A stretch of DNA of 48,788 nucleotides from an uncultured Dehalococcoidales bacterium (GTDB lineage Bacteria; Chloroflexota; Dehalococcoidia; GIF9; AB-539-J10). The stretch lies in assembly GCA_964648615.1 (NCBI GenBank), contig CAZYNG010000001.1, positions 1-48,788 on the forward strand. Direction: 5' to 3'. Each line of letters begins with the position of its first letter. Positions within the stretch are counted from its first letter, which is position 1. The notes under the pieces are model-generated. The model was not told where the DNA came from, did not search any database, and saw only the letters and a program-made list of their open reading frames with translations. The position numbers were made by a program, and so were the translations under genes. Below are positions 46,676 through 48,788 of the stretch, one piece after another.

Positions 46676-47338
46676 CTAGCTTATTTGCTGGCCTTTGTCA
46701 CCCAGCCGCGGCTCTATACCCTGCTGTAGCCTTCTTATGTTCCCACGATGCTGATAGATAATCAGGGCTGTAGCTGCCAGACTGTAAGCGAGGTAAATAG
46801 GGGCGAGATTATAGGCAATGGTCATAGGTATCAATAGACACCATGTAGCAATAAGTGCGATTATTGAGGCTAATGACATATAGCGACTGTTCAATGCGGT
46901 CACAGCTAGAACCTCGCCACCAAATATAGCTGCAGGGGGGAAGATGGGCAATAATGTTCCGAAGAAGGCGGCTACTCCCCTACCCCCTTTAAACTTCGAG
47001 AATATGGGCCAGTTATGTCCTGCCAGCACTGCAAGCCCGGCTAAAACTTGGGCTGCCTGCCAATAGTAGAGGTTTACTCCACCGATACTCAGCACGCCTG
47101 GGTCAACGATTACTACAGCTAGAAGGACCGCTCCAGCAGCTTTGCCGATATCAAGGACTATGGTTAAAATGCCCGCTTTTGTTCCTGCGACACGCATCAC
47201 GTTAGCACCACCAGTCTTGCCACTGCCGTGTTTTGTGACATCAACGCCCTTAGATATCTTGCCAATTATCAACCCGCAGGGGATGGAGCCAATCAAATAA
47301 GCGATGATTATTACAGCAACAAACTCAGCGATTATCAC
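46676..47338 (-). CDS. plsY: glycerol-3-phosphate acyltransferase PlsY
   Basis: 220-aa multi-pass membrane ORF with YLIGSIP, HGSGKTGGANV and FKGGRGVA. It overlaps der by 4 nt, in the classical der-plsY-gpsA arrangement. Confidence 0.92.
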   Translation of the reverse strand: MIIAEFVAVIIIAYLIGSIPCGLIIGKISKGVDVTKHGSGKTGGANVMRVAGTKAGILTIVLDIGKAAGAVLLAVVIVDPGVLSIGGVNLYYWQAAQVLAGLAVLAGHNWPIFSKFKGGRGVAAFFGTLLPIFPPAAIFGGEVLAVTALNSRYMSLASIIALIATWCLLIPMTIAYNLAPIYLAYSLAATALIIYQHRGNIRRLQQGIEPRLGDKGQQIS

Positions 47339-48675
47339 TTTGCCACCTTTATCTTTCTACTGCTTTTGTGACTAAATTTGGTGAAATTTAGCTGTAATGG
47401 CACGCCACGGAAGCCAAACTTCGAACGGAGCTTCTTTTCTAAATACCTCTGGTATGGGGGGTGAATCAACTTGGGGTCGTTGACCTGCAAAACAAAGTTT
47501 GCTGGTTTCGATTCATCTTGATAAGCGCGCATAATTTGCAACCGTTTTGTACCTACTCGTGGAGGTAAGTGGGTATCCACTGCTTCTTCGATGGCTTTGT
47601 TGACTGCTGAGTCTGATAAACGCTTCTGCCTTTCCTGCCATACTTGACAGGCTAGAGGCAAAACGCGCTCCACTCCCTTTCCTGACTCAGCTGAGAGGTA
47701 AAGCATAGGTATATAATACATAAATCTGATCCTTTTTTCTAGGAGTTGTTTGAATTCCTTCTTCTGTGTGCGTGGAATGATATCCCATTTATTGACTAAA
47801 AACACTATTCCTTTGCCTGCGTCCAGGATATAGTTAGCAATATGTAAATCCTGAGCAGTAATAAATTCAGCAACGTCGAGCAGCAGCAGAGCCACATCGC
47901 ATCGGTTAATTGCTTGAATGGCACGAATCAAGCTGTAGTAATCAATTCCAGCGTCTACACGGCCTCTTCGTTTGATCCCCGCAGTATCGATAAGCAAGAT
48001 GTTCCTGTTATTCCAATTAACCATGGTGTCGATAGCATCACGAGTCGTCCCTGGTGCTTCATGAACGATAGCTCTTTCGGCGCCAATCAAGGCATTTAAC
48101 AAAGTTGATTTGCCTGTATTAGGGCGTCCCACGATGGCTAATTTCACATCTTCTGTCTGTGTAATGGGAACACTTACTGAAGGGACAAGGGCCAACACGG
48201 TGTTCATTAACTTATCTATCCCTCGATTATGATAGGCGCTGATAGCTAATGGTGTGCCCATGCCCAGGCGGTAGAAATCGCCTACCTTGTTTGTTTGCTG
48301 TTCTGAGTCAATCTTATTTGCTGCCAGCACTTTCGGTTTGTTAAGTGTGCGTAGTATATCAGCTAGTTCTTCATCAGCAGCAATGACGCCGTCTTTAGCG
48401 TCTACCATGAAGATGATGACATCTGCCTGAGTGATAGCTGCTTCAACTTGCTGCTTGACTTTTTGTTGCAGTAAAGAGGGAGGCTCTAATTGCCATCCAC
48501 CGCTATCAACTACAGTCAGTTCCTGCCCCTGCCAGGTGGTGGAAGTAAATATTCGGTCTCTGGTAGTTCCAGGGGAATCACTGGTGACGACAAGGCGTCT
48601 CCCTGCCAGCCGGTTAAGCAAGGTTGACTTGCCTACGTTAGGTCGTCCCACAATTGCGACAACTGGCTCTGCCAT
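47335..48675 (-). CDS. der: ribosome biogenesis GTPase Der (EngA)
   Basis: 446-aa ORF with tandem GTPase domains (GRPNVGKST and GRPNTGKST, each with DTAG/DSGG and NK.D motifs) and a C-terminal KH-like domain. Confidence 0.95.
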   Translation of the reverse strand: MAEPVVAIVGRPNVGKSTLLNRLAGRRLVVTSDSPGTTRDRIFTSTTWQGQELTVVDSGGWQLEPPSLLQQKVKQQVEAAITQADVIIFMVDAKDGVIAADEELADILRTLNKPKVLAANKIDSEQQTNKVGDFYRLGMGTPLAISAYHNRGIDKLMNTVLALVPSVSVPITQTEDVKLAIVGRPNTGKSTLLNALIGAERAIVHEAPGTTRDAIDTMVNWNNRNILLIDTAGIKRRGRVDAGIDYYSLIRAIQAINRCDVALLLLDVAEFITAQDLHIANYILDAGKGIVFLVNKWDIIPRTQKKEFKQLLEKRIRFMYYIPMLYLSAESGKGVERVLPLACQVWQERQKRLSDSAVNKAIEEAVDTHLPPRVGTKRLQIMRAYQDESKPANFVLQVNDPKLIHPPYQRYLEKKLRSKFGFRGVPLQLNFTKFSHKSSRKIKVAK

Positions 48676-48788
48676 TTACCTGTTACCCGTTGATTCAGTC
48701 TGTAAAAGGATCTTGGCTAACAGTGCTTTTTGCAGGTGAAGCCTGTTTTCTGCCTGGTCAAAGACCACTGACCTTGGGTCATCCAATA
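48676..48788 (-). CDS. argF: ornithine carbamoyltransferase, C-terminal 36 codons (partial; gene continues beyond the window)
   Basis: The minus-strand frame reads LDDPRSVVFDQAENRLHLQKALLAKILL...*, matching the conserved OTCase C-terminus (compare E. coli ..SIVFDQAENRMHTIKAVM..). The TAA stop directly abuts the der ATG. Confidence 0.6.
   Translation of the reverse strand, partial: LDDPRSVVFDQAENRLHLQKALLAKILLQTESTGNR

Overview
Gene-dense (roughly 90% coding) chromosomal backbone, not an island. I can support 49 protein-coding genes (one partial), one tRNA-Ala(GGC), one long Bacillus-type SRP RNA, one probable pseudogene, a pair of 92-bp direct repeats, and a few promoter, operator and terminator candidates. 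Content is almost all housekeeping: pdxST, rsmG, two acyl-CoA dehydrogenases, a Pat-type (NDP-forming acyl-CoA synthetase + GNAT) protein, glyQS, ade, hpt, metG, a polyprenyl synthase, ftsH, ndk, rsfS, a stripped-down division cluster (mraZ-rsmH-ftsA-ftsZ), trmD-rplS-priA-def, speE/speD, prmC-prfA, rsmA-ispE, cca, clpC, dnaJ, gpsA-plsY-der and the 3' end of argF. The gene content and the mur-less dcw cluster suggest a Chloroflexota/Dehalococcoidia-like organism; this is inference only. I found no CRISPR array, transposase, integrase, toxin-antitoxin pair or recognisable defence system. Every ORF above about 150 aa has a confident housekeeping-type assignment, so I do not think this window holds a large undescribed multi-gene system. 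Four places deserve a second look. (1) At 43.25-45.71 kb, the only accessory-looking patch, a decayed GAF-sensor fragment is followed by a small HTH gene, a CheY-like receiver and an orphan PilT ATPase, and the receiver-PilT pair is bracketed by 92-bp direct repeats with a 49-bp perfect core. (2) At the head of the dcw operon, a consensus promoter and a textbook three-box MraZ-type operator are followed not by mraZ but by an uncharacterised 81-codon ORF that is translationally coupled to mraZ. (3) The dcw cluster lacks all peptidoglycan and divisome genes between rsmH and ftsA. (4) Smaller oddities: the SRP RNA abuts rsmA, a palindrome sits on the clpC -35, rsfS has no canonical start codon, and PrmC carries NLPY instead of NPPY. 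All coordinates and alignments were worked out by hand from the sequence; no database search was possible.
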